Origin: Balanoglossus misakiensis
Lineage: Eukaryota; Animalia; Hemichordata
Length of the DNA stretch: 64,000 bases
Direction: 5' to 3'
NCBI GenBank assembly: GCA_040954595.2
Contig: CM082594.2
Span: 12,044,985-12,108,984, forward strand
The position numbers and the translations under genes are program-made. This document shows, piece by piece, positions 24,273 to 36,382 of the stretch; the first letter of the stretch is position 1; each line of letters starts with the position of its first letter. A model generated the notes under the pieces. It had not been told where the DNA came from. It did not search any database and saw only the letters and a program-made list of their open reading frames with translations.

Positions 24273-25347
24273 GGGACTGTCCAGAATTTACTTCCAGGGG
24301 GGGGCTGGAGGATTTTCAGGGGGGGCCACCCATTTTCCCCAAGAAAAATTAGGGGGGGTCAGACATAAAAATCACAATCCTTTAGGGGGGGCCATGTAAA
24401 AAAACTCTCACAAACTCAATATTTGCCCAGAAGTACTGATTTATAAGAAACAAACCACCATGGCTACCTGGATGACAGTGCATTAAATCTTCATAAGCTT
24501 GAATTTCTGGTAATTTTTACGGTGGGTTATTTTGTATATCTACTACAGTTTCTTGTTCTACTCTGTGAAGCATAATAAAATGCCCAGTATTTGGCCTGCC
24601 AGCACAGACCATAAATGTACAGTGAACAGTCAGTGTTGTTACTGTTGACGAGCTCAATTCAAGTCCAGACTAGAATTCGTTAATTTTCTCATCAATCATT
24701 CATATATGTATATAAAAAGTTAATTTGCTTTTGGGTTCATTAAAATGCAGCTTTGAGCTCTGTATTTTATAAAATTTTCTTACAGGGGAGGGGGACACCC
24801 CCTCCCAAACCCACCCCCTTCACTTTTCGGTTTACAATATCTGCCAACACAGAATACAAATACTTAACAAATATAAACAATGTTCAGTTTTAATATCCAC
24901 TGATGAGGAAAAACATTAGTTTCAAATTATTTTCATGGGAGCGCTGTTTTTCTTTTTTTACAAGATAGATAGGTGATGTGTTTTGCTGTGTGAAAGAAAA
25001 TGGGGGGTGGGATTTCAAAATTTTAAGCTGTTCGGAAGGGGGGATTTGAAAATATTTCCGGTTGTGTACGGGGGGCATGTGAAAATTAACGGTAAAAAAA
25101 ATGTAATTCTCCCCCCCCCCCTTCCAGAGGTGTTTGTAAATGCAGCCTTATCAGACTGTATGTGTCGTAGTCTGTACCGGTAAGCATGCATGTATATATT
25201 GGGGGGGGGTCATGGAAAAAAAACAGGAAATTTACGGGGGGGCCAGAGATTTCCTCCACAATTTACAAGGGGGGGCCATGGAAAAAAATCACCAGGAAAA
25301 TAAGAAATCCTCCAGCCCCACCCTGGAAGTAAATTCTGGACAGTCCC
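24273..25347. mobile_element. PIF/Harbinger-like non-autonomous element, ~43-bp TIRs, TTA TSD
   Basis: TTA|GGGACTGTCCAGAATTTACTTCCAGGG.GGGGCTGGAGGATTT ... AAATCCTCCAGCCCC.CCCTGGAAGTAAATTCTGGACAGTCCC|TTA. A 3-bp TWA TSD and GGG terminus are typical of PIF/Harbinger. No transposase ORF; many G7-G10 tracts. Confidence 0.85.
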
Positions 25348-26266
25348 TTAGCACAGGCTCTTTCACTTTTCATAAACAAGTATGTTGCCAATAATATTTT
25401 GCCAACACGTTCACATTTTGAGTAAATTGATATTTTAATATTCTGGACGCAACGAATTTCTCTCGACACAGTGTTGTGTTGGCTCATATTTATGCACCCC
25501 AATCAATCCCTTAATGTCGGACCAATTGGATAAGTAGTGCTGTTTATTTCCGTATTTCATGGCCTCCGGCCCAAAATTCTTTACATTTTCTTTAAAACTT
25601 AAAACGGACGGGAATACTTAAACTTATTTCATAATTGAAAATCATCTGTCTTTTCTCACTCCCATGATAGCATGAAAAAGCAATGCTGCTGAACACTGTA
25701 GAAAGGTACCATCGTTTGAATTCATAAGGAAAAAATCTTTCTGTTAGTCGGTGGGTTAAAATACATCGTAAGAATATATTTTAGTCTGTGACTGGAACAA
25801 AGTACAACACAATAGGAAATGATGTTCATCTTCATTTTCGTTACTGTCACACAACAAGCAAATCATTTTGTTTTATCTACTCTGTGCTTTCTATCTGTTA
25901 TCAAAAAACGTTCATGAAAAGCTGCATGAAAAAAAATATCTTCCTAACTTCACAATTTCGTCACCGTAATTATTTTCAAAAAGATCATTTTGTAGTTCAA
26001 AGATGCCATATAATATCTAAATTTTAATAACAAGTGATATGTAATCAAAAAGGGAGGTTCTGTAACATGCATTTAAAAACGGGGGTCCCCACACCTGTTT
26101 TCCTGTAAAACCACAAAATGCTGTTCATACTATAATATTGCATATATAGTTCTAAATATCCAACCGATAGAGGGTGCTGTTTAATATTCGTACTTTAAGT
26201 ACGATAATACTTTTTTGTTGTACGTTAAACTTGGTCAACTATTTAACACAGAATTTTGCCGTATAT

Positions 26267-26352
26267 ACTGTAAACACTCAGGATTTTTTTCGCGACAGGA
26301 AATTTTCGCGATATCAAAAGAGGCGACTGTTACGCGATTCATTTTTCGCGTT
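26267..26352. mobile_element. Possible single MITE terminus (TACTGTA...TTTTCGCG repeats)
   Basis: TACTGTAAAC followed by three TTTTCGCG motifs; no matching second end found. Confidence 0.3.
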
Positions 26353-26728
26353 CGTATATTTCACTAATTGCATCGTTATTTCTGTACAATTTCCATTCTA
26401 CGATTATTTGTCGCATTAGTAGCACGATTCTTGGCTGCAAACCTTCATGTTCAAACAAATTGTGTAATGTTTATCAAAGTCATGAAACCGCAACCATTTT
26501 TATGCGTACGTGTGTTTGTCTTTTTGCCAGATTGTGCATGAATGTAGCCGAGCTGGTGTGTTGCATTTCACGATGTCAATCACACATGTTTATTCGCGAC
26601 TGCATGCATTTAAGTTTCCATGGCATTGCAGTGAAGAACTTCACTCTTCAATTCTACTAATGCATGTTTTTATAGATTCGTATTCAATTTGAGTGTGTTT
26701 TATCATAGACCATGTAGGGTCCATGATC

Positions 26729-28190
26729 GCAGATGAAGATATCTGGATGCCAAATGAAGAGAAGACACAGGTTTTTAGTCAGCATTTGAAGAGTTTATAA
26801 TGAGAATGAAGGGATTGCGTTCTATCCAGTTTTCTCTTAAAGCGACAAAATCGCTTTTTGACCTTTCAACGATTTCAAGTAAACATTGATTACTCGTGTT
26901 ATCTTTGTGTTAAAAATTGATGTTGATTTGTAACCATCATTTCCTGTCATACAAAATCAATCTCTAAACGGTCCAAAATGAGTGAATTTTGCTCCTTAAT
27001 CTGTTGATCCAGTGAAGATTATGGCATTTACATTGACTTTCCGTATGCGTTCCCTTGATCACACTGGTTACTTGTGCAGAATTTCAATTATGTTAATTAG
27101 CACACTTGTCTACTATTACAGTTGAGGAGCTACACAATTGTTGCAGCCATTGGGAAAACTTCATGACAAGAAGGATTCAGATTAGGACACAGTATAAATT
27201 CTCATACACATACATGTACATACATACATACATACATACATACATACATACATACATACATACATACATACATACATACATACATACATACATACATGCA
27301 TGCATGCATGCATGCATGCATGCATGCATGCATGCATGCATGCATGCATGCATACATACATACATACATACATACATACATACATACATACATACATACA
27401 TACATACATACATACATACATACATACATACATACATACATACATACATACATACATACATACATACATACATACATACATACATACATACATACATACA
27501 TACATACATACATACATACATACATACATACATACATACATACATACATACATACATACATACATACATACATACATACATACATACATACATACATACA
27601 TACATACATACATACATACATACATACATACATACATACATACATACATACATACATACATACATACATACATACATACATGAACATGTGTGTTTAATGT
27701 GTGTTAAAACAATATTACAGAGAGAACAAGTCTGTAACCATTTAACTCAACTATGCTTATTTAACTGAAGCCTAAATGTCCATATGATTCAGTACTTCTA
27801 AAAATTACATGTATGCATTGAGGAAATTTTGTTTAGTGAATTGTGCAGTCAAATCAAATTGATTCAATCTAGAAAACTGTTTGTGCCATTTCAGCCATTT
27901 TTTCTAACTTCAATATTAACGTACTAACACACCATTAACTAACTATAACAACTAATACTTTGGCTGGAGTGGTATAAGCAGGCTATGAGAAACTTTTATT
28001 CTTGTGACTATTTCTATTTTTCATAATGAGCCAGTTAGAAGTATACAGATGAAATTAAGTATTGTATTCTAATTGAATTTAAATTAGCTGTATTTCCCAA
28101 AACCTGAAAGTGAAGGTCAGAAAAATTACTCATTTCAAATTTTAGGGTACAAAATTGTTCTCTATGTATGTATGTATGTATGTATGTATG
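26729..28190 (+). repeat. Diverged direct duplication, copy 1 (copy 2 at ~33132-33977)
   Basis: Colinear shared anchors: GCAGATGAAG, AAGAGTTTATAATGAGAATGAAG, GATTCAGATTAGGACACAGTA, ATTTAACTG.AGCCTAAATGTCCATA, ACAACTAATACTTTGGCTGGA, GGGTACAAAATTGTTCTCTATGTATG. Confidence 0.85.
27219..27681 (+). repeat. (CATA)n microsatellite with embedded (CATG)14 at 27295-27350
   Basis: Directly visible. Confidence 0.98.
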
Positions 28191-28222
28191 TATGTATGTA
28201 TGTATGTATGTATGTATGTATG

Positions 28223-28253
<31 letters not shown>

Positions 28254-28470
28254 TGTATGTAATGTATGTAATGTATGTAATGTATGTAATGTATGTAATG
28301 TATGTAATGTATGTATGTATGTATGTATGTATGTATGTATGTATGTATGTATGTATGTATGTATGTATGTATGTATGTATGTATGTATGTATGCAATGTA
28401 TGTAATGTATGTAATGTATGTAATGTATGTATGCATGTATGTAATGTATGCATCTATGTAATGTATGTGT
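28163..28470 (+). repeat. (TATG)n / (TATGTAATG)n compound microsatellite
   Basis: Directly visible; opposite orientation to the upstream CATA tract. Confidence 0.97.
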
Positions 28471-28649
28471 ATGTGAATCCCTAATGTATCCTTGTCCGAA
28501 TTTTATCTTGTCATGAAGTTCTCCCAATGTCTACAATAGTTGAGAAGCTTTCCAACCGTGATGGTAGATAAGTTTAGCAAATTTTTGGTAATTGTTTACT
28601 AGTGTGCTATAATATAACAGAAACTAACAATTGAAGTATAATTGCTTTA

Positions 28650-31600
28650 AGTTAAGCAGGAAGGATGACGACAAAATTCCAAATGATGCCAATGGTAGAA
28701 GTGGACAAGGACTTGATTTTCCAGCCAGCCAATAAAGTACTTGCATGATGGCAGATGAAGCAAGTTCAAGCATGAAGACTGATGTATAATTTCTGAATGG
28801 TGCCAACGGTAGAAGTTGACAAGGACCTGGTCTTGCAGTCAGCCAATAAACAACTTGCATGATGGCAGATGAAGATATATGGATGTCAAATGAAGAAAAC
28901 GTACAGGTTTGCAGGCAACAAGTGTATATTGGAACAAATTCAAACTTAACTCATTGAATCAATTTTATAAAATATGTCACCACTTTGTTCATTGATCATG
29001 AATAATTTTTTTTCTGTTGTTTTGTTAGAATATGCCGAAGAGTGCAGGCTGATGTTGTGTATCTGAATGTTGCCATTGGTAGAAGTGGACAAGGACTTGG
29101 TCTTGCTTTCACCTAATAAACTCTGTATGATAGCAGATGAAGATATATGGATGTCAAATGAAGAAAACGTACAGGTTTGCAGGCAACAAGTGTATATTGG
29201 AACAAATTCAAACTTAACTCATTGAATCAATTTTATAAAATATGTCACCACTTTGTTCATTGATCATGAATAATTTTTTTTCTGTTGTTTTGTTAGAATA
29301 TGCCAAAGAGTGCAGGCTGATGTTGTGTATCTGAATGTTGCCATTGGTAGAAGTGGACAAGGACTTGGTCTTGCTTTCACCTAATAAACTCTGTATGATA
29401 GCAGATGAAGATATTTGGATGTCAAATTAAGAAAAAATACAGGTTTGCAGTCAACATTTTAAGAGTGTATATAGTGTTGGAACAAATCCAAACTTAACTC
29501 ATTGAATCAATTTTATAAAATATGTCACCATTTTATTCATTGATCATGAATAATTTTTTTTCTGTTGTTTTGTTAGAATATGGCGAAGAGTACAGGCTGA
29601 TGTTGTGTATCTGAATGTTGCCATTGGTAGAAGTGGACAAGGACATGGTTTCCCAGTCACCCAATAAACTACTTGCATGATGGCAGATGAAGATATTTGG
29701 ATGTCAAATAAAGAAAACATACAGGTATGCAGTCAACATTTTAAGAGTGTATATAGTGTTGGAACAAATCCAAACTTAACGCATTGAATCAATTTTATAA
29801 AATATGTCACCACTTTGTTCATTGATCATGAATAATTTTTTTTCTGTTGTTTTGTTAGAATATGGCGAAGAGTGCAGGCTGATGTTGAGTATCTGAATGT
29901 TGAAATTGGTAGAAGTGGACAAAGATTTGGTTTCCCAGTCACCCAATAAACTACTTGCATGATGGCAGATGAAGATATTTGGATGTCAAATAAAGAAAAC
30001 ATACAGGTTTGCAGTCAACATTTTAAGAGTGTATATAGTGTTGGAACAAATCCAAACTTAACTCATTGAATCAATTTTATAAAATATGTCACCACTTTGT
30101 TCATTGATCATGAATAATTTTTTTCTGTTGTTTTGTTAGAATATGGCGAAGAGTGCAGGCTCATGTTGTGTATCTGAATGTTGCCATTGGTAGAAGTGGA
30201 CAAGGACATGGTCTTCCAGTCAGCCAATAAACTACTTGCATGATGGCAGATGAAGATAATTGGATGTCAAATAAAGAAAACATAAAGGTTTGCAGTCAAC
30301 ATTTTAAGAGTGTATATAGTGTTGGGACAAATCAAAACTTAACTCATTGAATCAATTTTATAAAATATGTCACCACTTTGTTCATTGATCATGAATAATT
30401 TTTTTCTGTTGTTTTGTGAGAATATGGCGAAGAGTGCAGGCTGATGTTGTGTATCTGCATGTTGCCATTGGTAGAAGTGGACAAGGACATGGTTTCCCAG
30501 TCACCCAATAAACTACTTGCATGATGGCAGATGAAGATATTTGGATGTCAAATAAAGAAAACATAAAGGTTTGCAGTCAACATTTTAAGAGTGTATATAG
30601 TGTTGGAACAAATCAAAACTTAACTCATTGAATCAATTTTATAAAATATGTCACCACTTTGTTCATTGAACATGAATAATTTTTTTCTGTTGTTTTGTTA
30701 GAATATGGCGAAGAGTGCAGGCTGATGTTGTATATCTGAATGTTGCCATTGGTAGAAGTGGACAAGGACTTGGTTTCCCAGTCAGCCAATAAAGTACTTC
30801 CATGATGGCAGATGAAGCAAGTTCAAGCATGAAGAATGATCTTTAATTTCTAAATGGTGCCAACGGTAGAAGTGGACAAGGACTTGGTCTTGCAGTCAGC
30901 CAATAAAAAACTTGCATGATGGCAGATGAAGATATATGGATGTCAAATGAAGAAAACGTACAGGTTTGCAGGCAACAAGTGTATATTGGAACAAATTCAA
31001 ACTTAACTCATTGAATCAATTTTATAAAATATGTCACCACTTTGTTCATTGATCATGAATCATTTTTTTTCTGTTGTTTTGTTAGAATATGCCGAAGAGT
31101 GCAGGCTGATGTTGTGTATCTGAATGTTGCCAATGGTAGAAGTGGACAAGGACTTGGTCTTCCAGTCAGCCAATAAAGTACTTGCATGATGGCAGATGAA
31201 GCAAGTTCAAGCATGAAGAGTGATGTTTAATTTCTAAATGATGCCAACGGTAGAAGTGGACAAGGACTTGGTCTTGCAGTCAGCCAATTAACAACTTGCA
31301 TGATGGCAGATGAAGATATATGGATGTCAAATGAAGAAAACGTACAGGTTTGCAGTCAACAAGTGTATATAGTATTGGAACAAATCCAAACTTAACGCAT
31401 TGAATCAATTTTATAAAATATGTCACCACTTTGTTCATTGATCATGAATAATTTTTTTTCTGTTGTTTTGTTAGAATATGGCGAAGAGTGCAGGCTGATG
31501 TTGAGTATCTGAATGTTGAAGTTGGTAGAAGTGGACAAGGACATGGTTTCCCAGTCACCCAATAAACTACTTGCATGATGGCAGATGAAGATATTTGGAT

Positions 31601-33200
31601 GTCAAATAAAGAAAACATACAGGTATGCAGTCAAAATTTTAAGAGTGTATATAGTGTTGGAACAAATCCAAACTTAACTCATTGAATCAATTTTATAAAC
31701 TATGTCTTGACTTTGTTCATTGATCATGAATAATTTTTTTTTCTGTTGTTTTGTTAGAATATGGCGAAGAGTGCAGGCTGATGTTGTGTATCTGAATGTT
31801 GCCAATGGTAGAAGTGGACAAGGACTTGGTCTTCCAGTCAGCCAATAAAGTACTTGCATGATGGCAGATGAAGCAAGTTCAAGCATGAAGAATGATGTTT
31901 AATTTCTAAATGGTGCCAACGGTAGAAGTGGACAAGGACTTGGTCTTGCAGTCAGCCAATTAACAACTTGCATGATGGCAGATGAAGATATATGGATGTC
32001 AAATGAAGAAAACGTACAGGTTTGCAGTCAACAAGTGTATATAGTATTGGAACAAATTCAAACTTAACTCATTGAATCAATTTTATAATATATGTCACCA
32101 CTTTGTTCATTGATCATGAATCATTTTTTTCTGTTGTTTTGTTAGAATATGTAAAAGAGTGCAGGCTGATGTTGTGTATCTGAATGTTGCCATTGGTAGA
32201 AGTGGACAAGGACTTGGTTTCCCAGTCACCCAATAAACTACTTGCATGATGGCAGATGAAGATATTTGGATGTCAAATAAAGAAAATATACAGGTTTGCA
32301 GTCAACATTTTAAGAGTGTATATAGTGTTGAAACAAATCCAAACTTAACTCATTGAATCAATTTCATAAAATATGTCACAACTTTGTTCATTGATCATGA
32401 ATATTTTTTTTTCTGTTGTTTTGTTAGAATATGGTGAAGAGTGGAGGCTGATGTTGTGTATCTGAATGTTGAAATAGGTAGAAGTGGACAAGTACATGGT
32501 TATCCAGTCACCCAATAAACTACTTGCATGATGGCAGATGGAGATATTTGGATGTCAAATAAAGGGCAGATGAACATATCTGGTTGTCAAATGAAGAAAA
32601 TATAAAGGTTTGTACTCAACCTTTTAAGAGTGTATATAGTATTGGAACACATCCAAATTTAACTCATTGAATCAATTTATACAATCTTTCGCCAATTTGT
32701 TCATTAATCATGGATAAAATTTTTCTGTTTTTTTGTTAGAATATGGCGAAGAGTGCAGACTGATGTTTTTATCCAGATATTGCCAATGGTAGAAGTGGAC
32801 AAGGACTTGGTATTGCACTCACCCCATAAACTATTTGCATGATGGCAGATTAACATATCTGGTTGTCAAATGAAGAAAATATGAAGGTTTGTAGTCAACA
32901 TTTTATGAGTGTATATAGTATTGGAAGACTTCCAAATTTAACTTAAGCCGAATGAATCAATGCTATAAAACGTGTGATCATTTCATTAATTAAAAGCGAA
33001 TCTATTTTTTTTTCTGTTACTTTCTTAGCTCAAGCTGAAGTGTGAAGACTGGTGATTTTCCAAATGATGATGATGGTAGAAATGGACAAGGACTTGGTCT
33101 ACCAGCAACCCAATAAAATACTTGCATCTTGGCAGATGAAGTCTGAATGCAAAATAAAGAGAAGACATAGATTTTCAGTCGGCATTTTAAGAGTTTATAA
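28650..33200 (+). repeat. ~281-bp tandem array, ~15 units, some ~385-390 bp with an internal sub-duplication
   Basis: TTTTTCTGTTGTTTTGTTAG|AATATG anchors at 29028, 29296, 29576, 29858, 30139, 30420, 30701, 31085, 31474, 31757, 32145, 32427 and 32739; degenerate units at both ends. Confidence 0.95.
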
Positions 33201-33977
33201 TGAGAATGAAGAGAAAACTTATAGATTGTCTTCCGTCCAGTTTTCTAATAAAGTGACACAATCTCTCTTTTTGAGCTTTGAATGTTGTCAAGTATACATT
33301 GAATACTTGCATAAAAAATAATGATTTTTAAAATCACCATTCTGTATCAAACGAATTTAATCTCTAAAAGATCAAAAAGAGAGAATGTTGCTGTTTAATC
33401 TATTGATCCAGTGGGGACTATGACATTGACTTTCCTTACATGTTCCCTTTAGCTCACTGGTTATGTGTTATGATAAAGATTGATTCAGATTAGGACACAG
33501 TATTAATTATTTAACTGTAGCCTAAATGTCCATAGATACAGTATTTCTTAGAATTACAAGTTTGCACAGAGCAAACTTTGTTCAGTGAATTTTGCAGTCA
33601 AAGGAATTTGATTCAATTTATGAAATTGTTTGTGCCATTTCAGCCATTTGTTAATTTCAACACTAAACCTAACCCTACCCCTAACCCTAACTCTAACCCT
33701 AACACTAACCCTAACCCTAACACTAACACTAACAACTAATACTTTGGCTGGAATGGTAAACAGGCTCGGGGAAACTTTGTTTAATAATGGTCTCCAATTT
33801 GTTCACCAGTTAAAAGTTCACAGATGAAAATATGTTAAAGTATTGTATTGTAATTCAATTTAAATTAGCTGTCATTCCCAAAACCTGATTGTGAAGGTCA
33901 GGAAAATTAAATAAATGGAATTGTATGGGTACAAAATTGTTCTCTATGTATGCATTTATGAATGTATGTAATGTATG
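33132..33977 (+). repeat. Diverged direct duplication, copy 2 of 26729-28190
   Basis: Same anchors as copy 1, but lacks the CATA tract and carries a telomere-like tract. Confidence 0.85.
33661..33735 (+). repeat. Degenerate interstitial telomere-like tract (CCCTAA/CACTAA/CTCTAA)n
   Basis: About 12 hexamers, e.g. CTAACCCTAACTCTAACCCTAACACTAACCCTAACCCTAACACTAAC. Confidence 0.85.
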
Positions 33978-36382
33978 TCCCCCTCCAGCCTGCTCCAGTC
34001 CCCCTCCAGTCTGCGCCAGTCCCCCTCCAGTCTGCTCCAGTCCCCCTCCAGTCTGCTCCAGTCCCCCTCCAGTCTGCTCCAGTCCCCCTCCAGTCGGCTC
34101 CAGTCCCCCTCCAGTCTGCTCCAGTGCCCCTCCAGCCTGCTACAGTGCCCCTCCAGCCTGCTCCAGTGCCCCTCCAGCCTGCTCCAGAGCCCCTCCAGCC
34201 TGCTCCAGTGCCCCTCCAGCCTGCTCCAGTGCCCCTCCAGTCTGCTCCAGTGCCCCTCCAGTCTGCTCCAGTGCCCCTCCAGTCTGCTCCAGTCCCCCTC
34301 CAGTCTGCTCCAGTCCCCCTCCAGTCTGCTCCAGTCCCCCTCCAGTCTGCTCCAGTCCCCCTCCAGTCTGCTCCAGTCCCCCTCCAGCATGCTCCAGTCC
34401 CCCTCCAGTCTGCTCCACTCACCCTCCAGTCTGCTCCAGTCCCCCTCCAGTCTGCTCCAGTCCCCCTACAGTCTGCTCCAGTCCCCCTCCAGTCTGCTCC
34501 AGTCCCCCTACAGTCTGCTCCAGTCCCCCTCCAGTCTGCTCCAGTCCCCCTACAGTCTGCTCCAGTCCCCCTCCAGTCTGCTCCAGTCCCCCTCCAGTCT
34601 GCTCCAGTCCCCATCCAGCATGCTCCAGTCTGCTCCAGCCCCCCTCCAGCATGCTCCAGTCCCCCTCCAGTCTGCTCCACTCCCCCTCCAGCATGCTCCA
34701 GTCCCCCTCCAGTCTGCTCCACTCCCCCTCCAGCATGCTCCAGTCCCCCTCCAGTCTGCTCCACTCACCCTCCAGTCTGCTCCAGTCCCCCTCCAGCATG
34801 CTCCACTCCCCCTCCAGTCTGCTCCAGTCCCCTTCCAGCATGCTCCACTCCCCCTCCAGTCTGCTCCAGTCCCCCTCCAGTCTGCTCATGTCCCCCTCCA
34901 GCATGCTCCAGTCCCCCTCCAGTCTGCTCCAGTCCCCCTCCAGCATGCTCCAGTCCCCCTCCAGCAAGCTCCAGTCCCCTCCAGCATGCTCCAGTCCCCC
35001 TCCAGTCTGCTCCAGTCCCCCTCCAGTCTGCTCCAGTCCCCCTCCAGTCTGCTCCACTCCCCCTCCAGTCTGCTCCAGTCCCCCTCCAGTCTGCTCCACT
35101 CCCCCTCCAGTCTGCTCCAGTCCCCCTCCAGTCTGCTCCACTCCCCCTCCAGCATGCTCCAGTCCCCCTCCAGTCTGCTCCAGTCCCCCTCCAGCATGCT
35201 CCAGTCCCCCTCCAGTCTGCTCCACTCCCCCTCCAGCATGCTCCAGTCCCCCTCCAGTCTGCTCCACTCCCCCTCCAGTCTGCTCCAGTCCCCCTCCAGT
35301 CTGCTCCAGTCCCCCTCCAGCCTGCTCCAGTCCCCCTCCAGTCTGCTCCAGTCCCCCTCCAGTCTGCTCCAGTCCCCCTCCAGTCTGCTCCACTCCCCCT
35401 CCAGCATGCTCCAGTCCCCCTCCAGTCTGCTCCACTCCCCCTCCAGCATGCTCCAGTCCCCCTCCAGTCTGCTCCACTCCCCCTCCAGCATGCTCCAGTC
35501 CCCCTCCAGTCTGCTCCACTCCCCCTCCAGCATGCTCCAGTCCCCCTCCAGTCTGCTCCACTCACCCTCCAGCATGCTCCAGTCCCCCTCCAGTCTGCTC
35601 CACTCCCCCTCCAGCATGCTCCAGTCCCCCTCAAGTCTGCTCCACTCCCCCTCCAGCATGCTCCAGTCCCCCTCAAGTCTGCTCCACTCCCCCTTCAGTC
35701 TGCTCCACTCCCCCTCCAGCATGCTCCACTCCCCCTCCAGTCTGCTCCAGTGCCCCTCCAGTCTGCTCCAGTGCCCCTCCAGTCTGCTCCAGTCCCCCTC
35801 CAGTCTGCTCCAGTGCCCCTCCAGTCTGCTCCAGTACCCCTCCAGTCCCCCTCCAGTCTGCTCCAGTCCCCCTCCAGTCTGATCCAGTGCCCCTCCAGTC
35901 TGCTCCAGTCCCCCTCCAGTCTGCTCCAGTGCCCCTCCAGTCTGCTCCAGTCCCCCCTCCAGTCTGCTCCAGTGCCCCTCCAGTCTGCTCCAGTGCCCCT
36001 CAAGTCTGCTCCAGTCCCCCTCAAGTCTGCTCCAGTCCCCCTCCAGTCTGCTCCAGTCCCCCCTCCAGTCTGCTCCAGTGCCCCTCCAGTCTGCTCCAGT
36101 GCCCCCTCCAGTCTGCTCCAGTCCCCCTCCAGTCCCCCTCCAGTCTGCTCCAGTCCCCCTCCAGTCTGCTCCAGTCCCCCCTCCAGTCTGCTCCAGTCCC
36201 CCTCCAGTCTGCTCCAGTCCCCCTCCAGTCTGCTCCAGTCCCCCTCCAGTCTGCTCCAGTCCCCCTCCAGTCTGCTCCAGTCCCCCTCCAGTCTGCTCCA
36301 GTCCCCCTCCAGCCTGCTCCAGTCCCCCTCCAGCCTGCTCAGGTCCCCCTCCAGCCTGCTCCAGTCCCCCTCCAGTCTGCTC
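33977..36382 (+). repeat. Satellite A: 21-bp unit CCCCTCCAGTCTGCTCCAGTC, ~115 copies
   Basis: Directly visible; built from 11+10-bp halves sharing CTCCAGTC; variants CAGCATG, CCACTC, CAGTGC. Confidence 0.97.

Noticed and set aside
27106-28527. ORFs with YIHT/MYVC repeats
   Set aside because: Translations of CATA/TATG microsatellites.
33661-33735. True chromosome end or telomere
   Set aside because: Short, degenerate and embedded within a duplicated module with sequence on both sides.
33977-36382. Chi-like GCTGGAGG motifs on the minus strand of satellite A
   Set aside because: Present only in some variants, expected by chance in such a G-rich unit, and Chi has no established role in animals.
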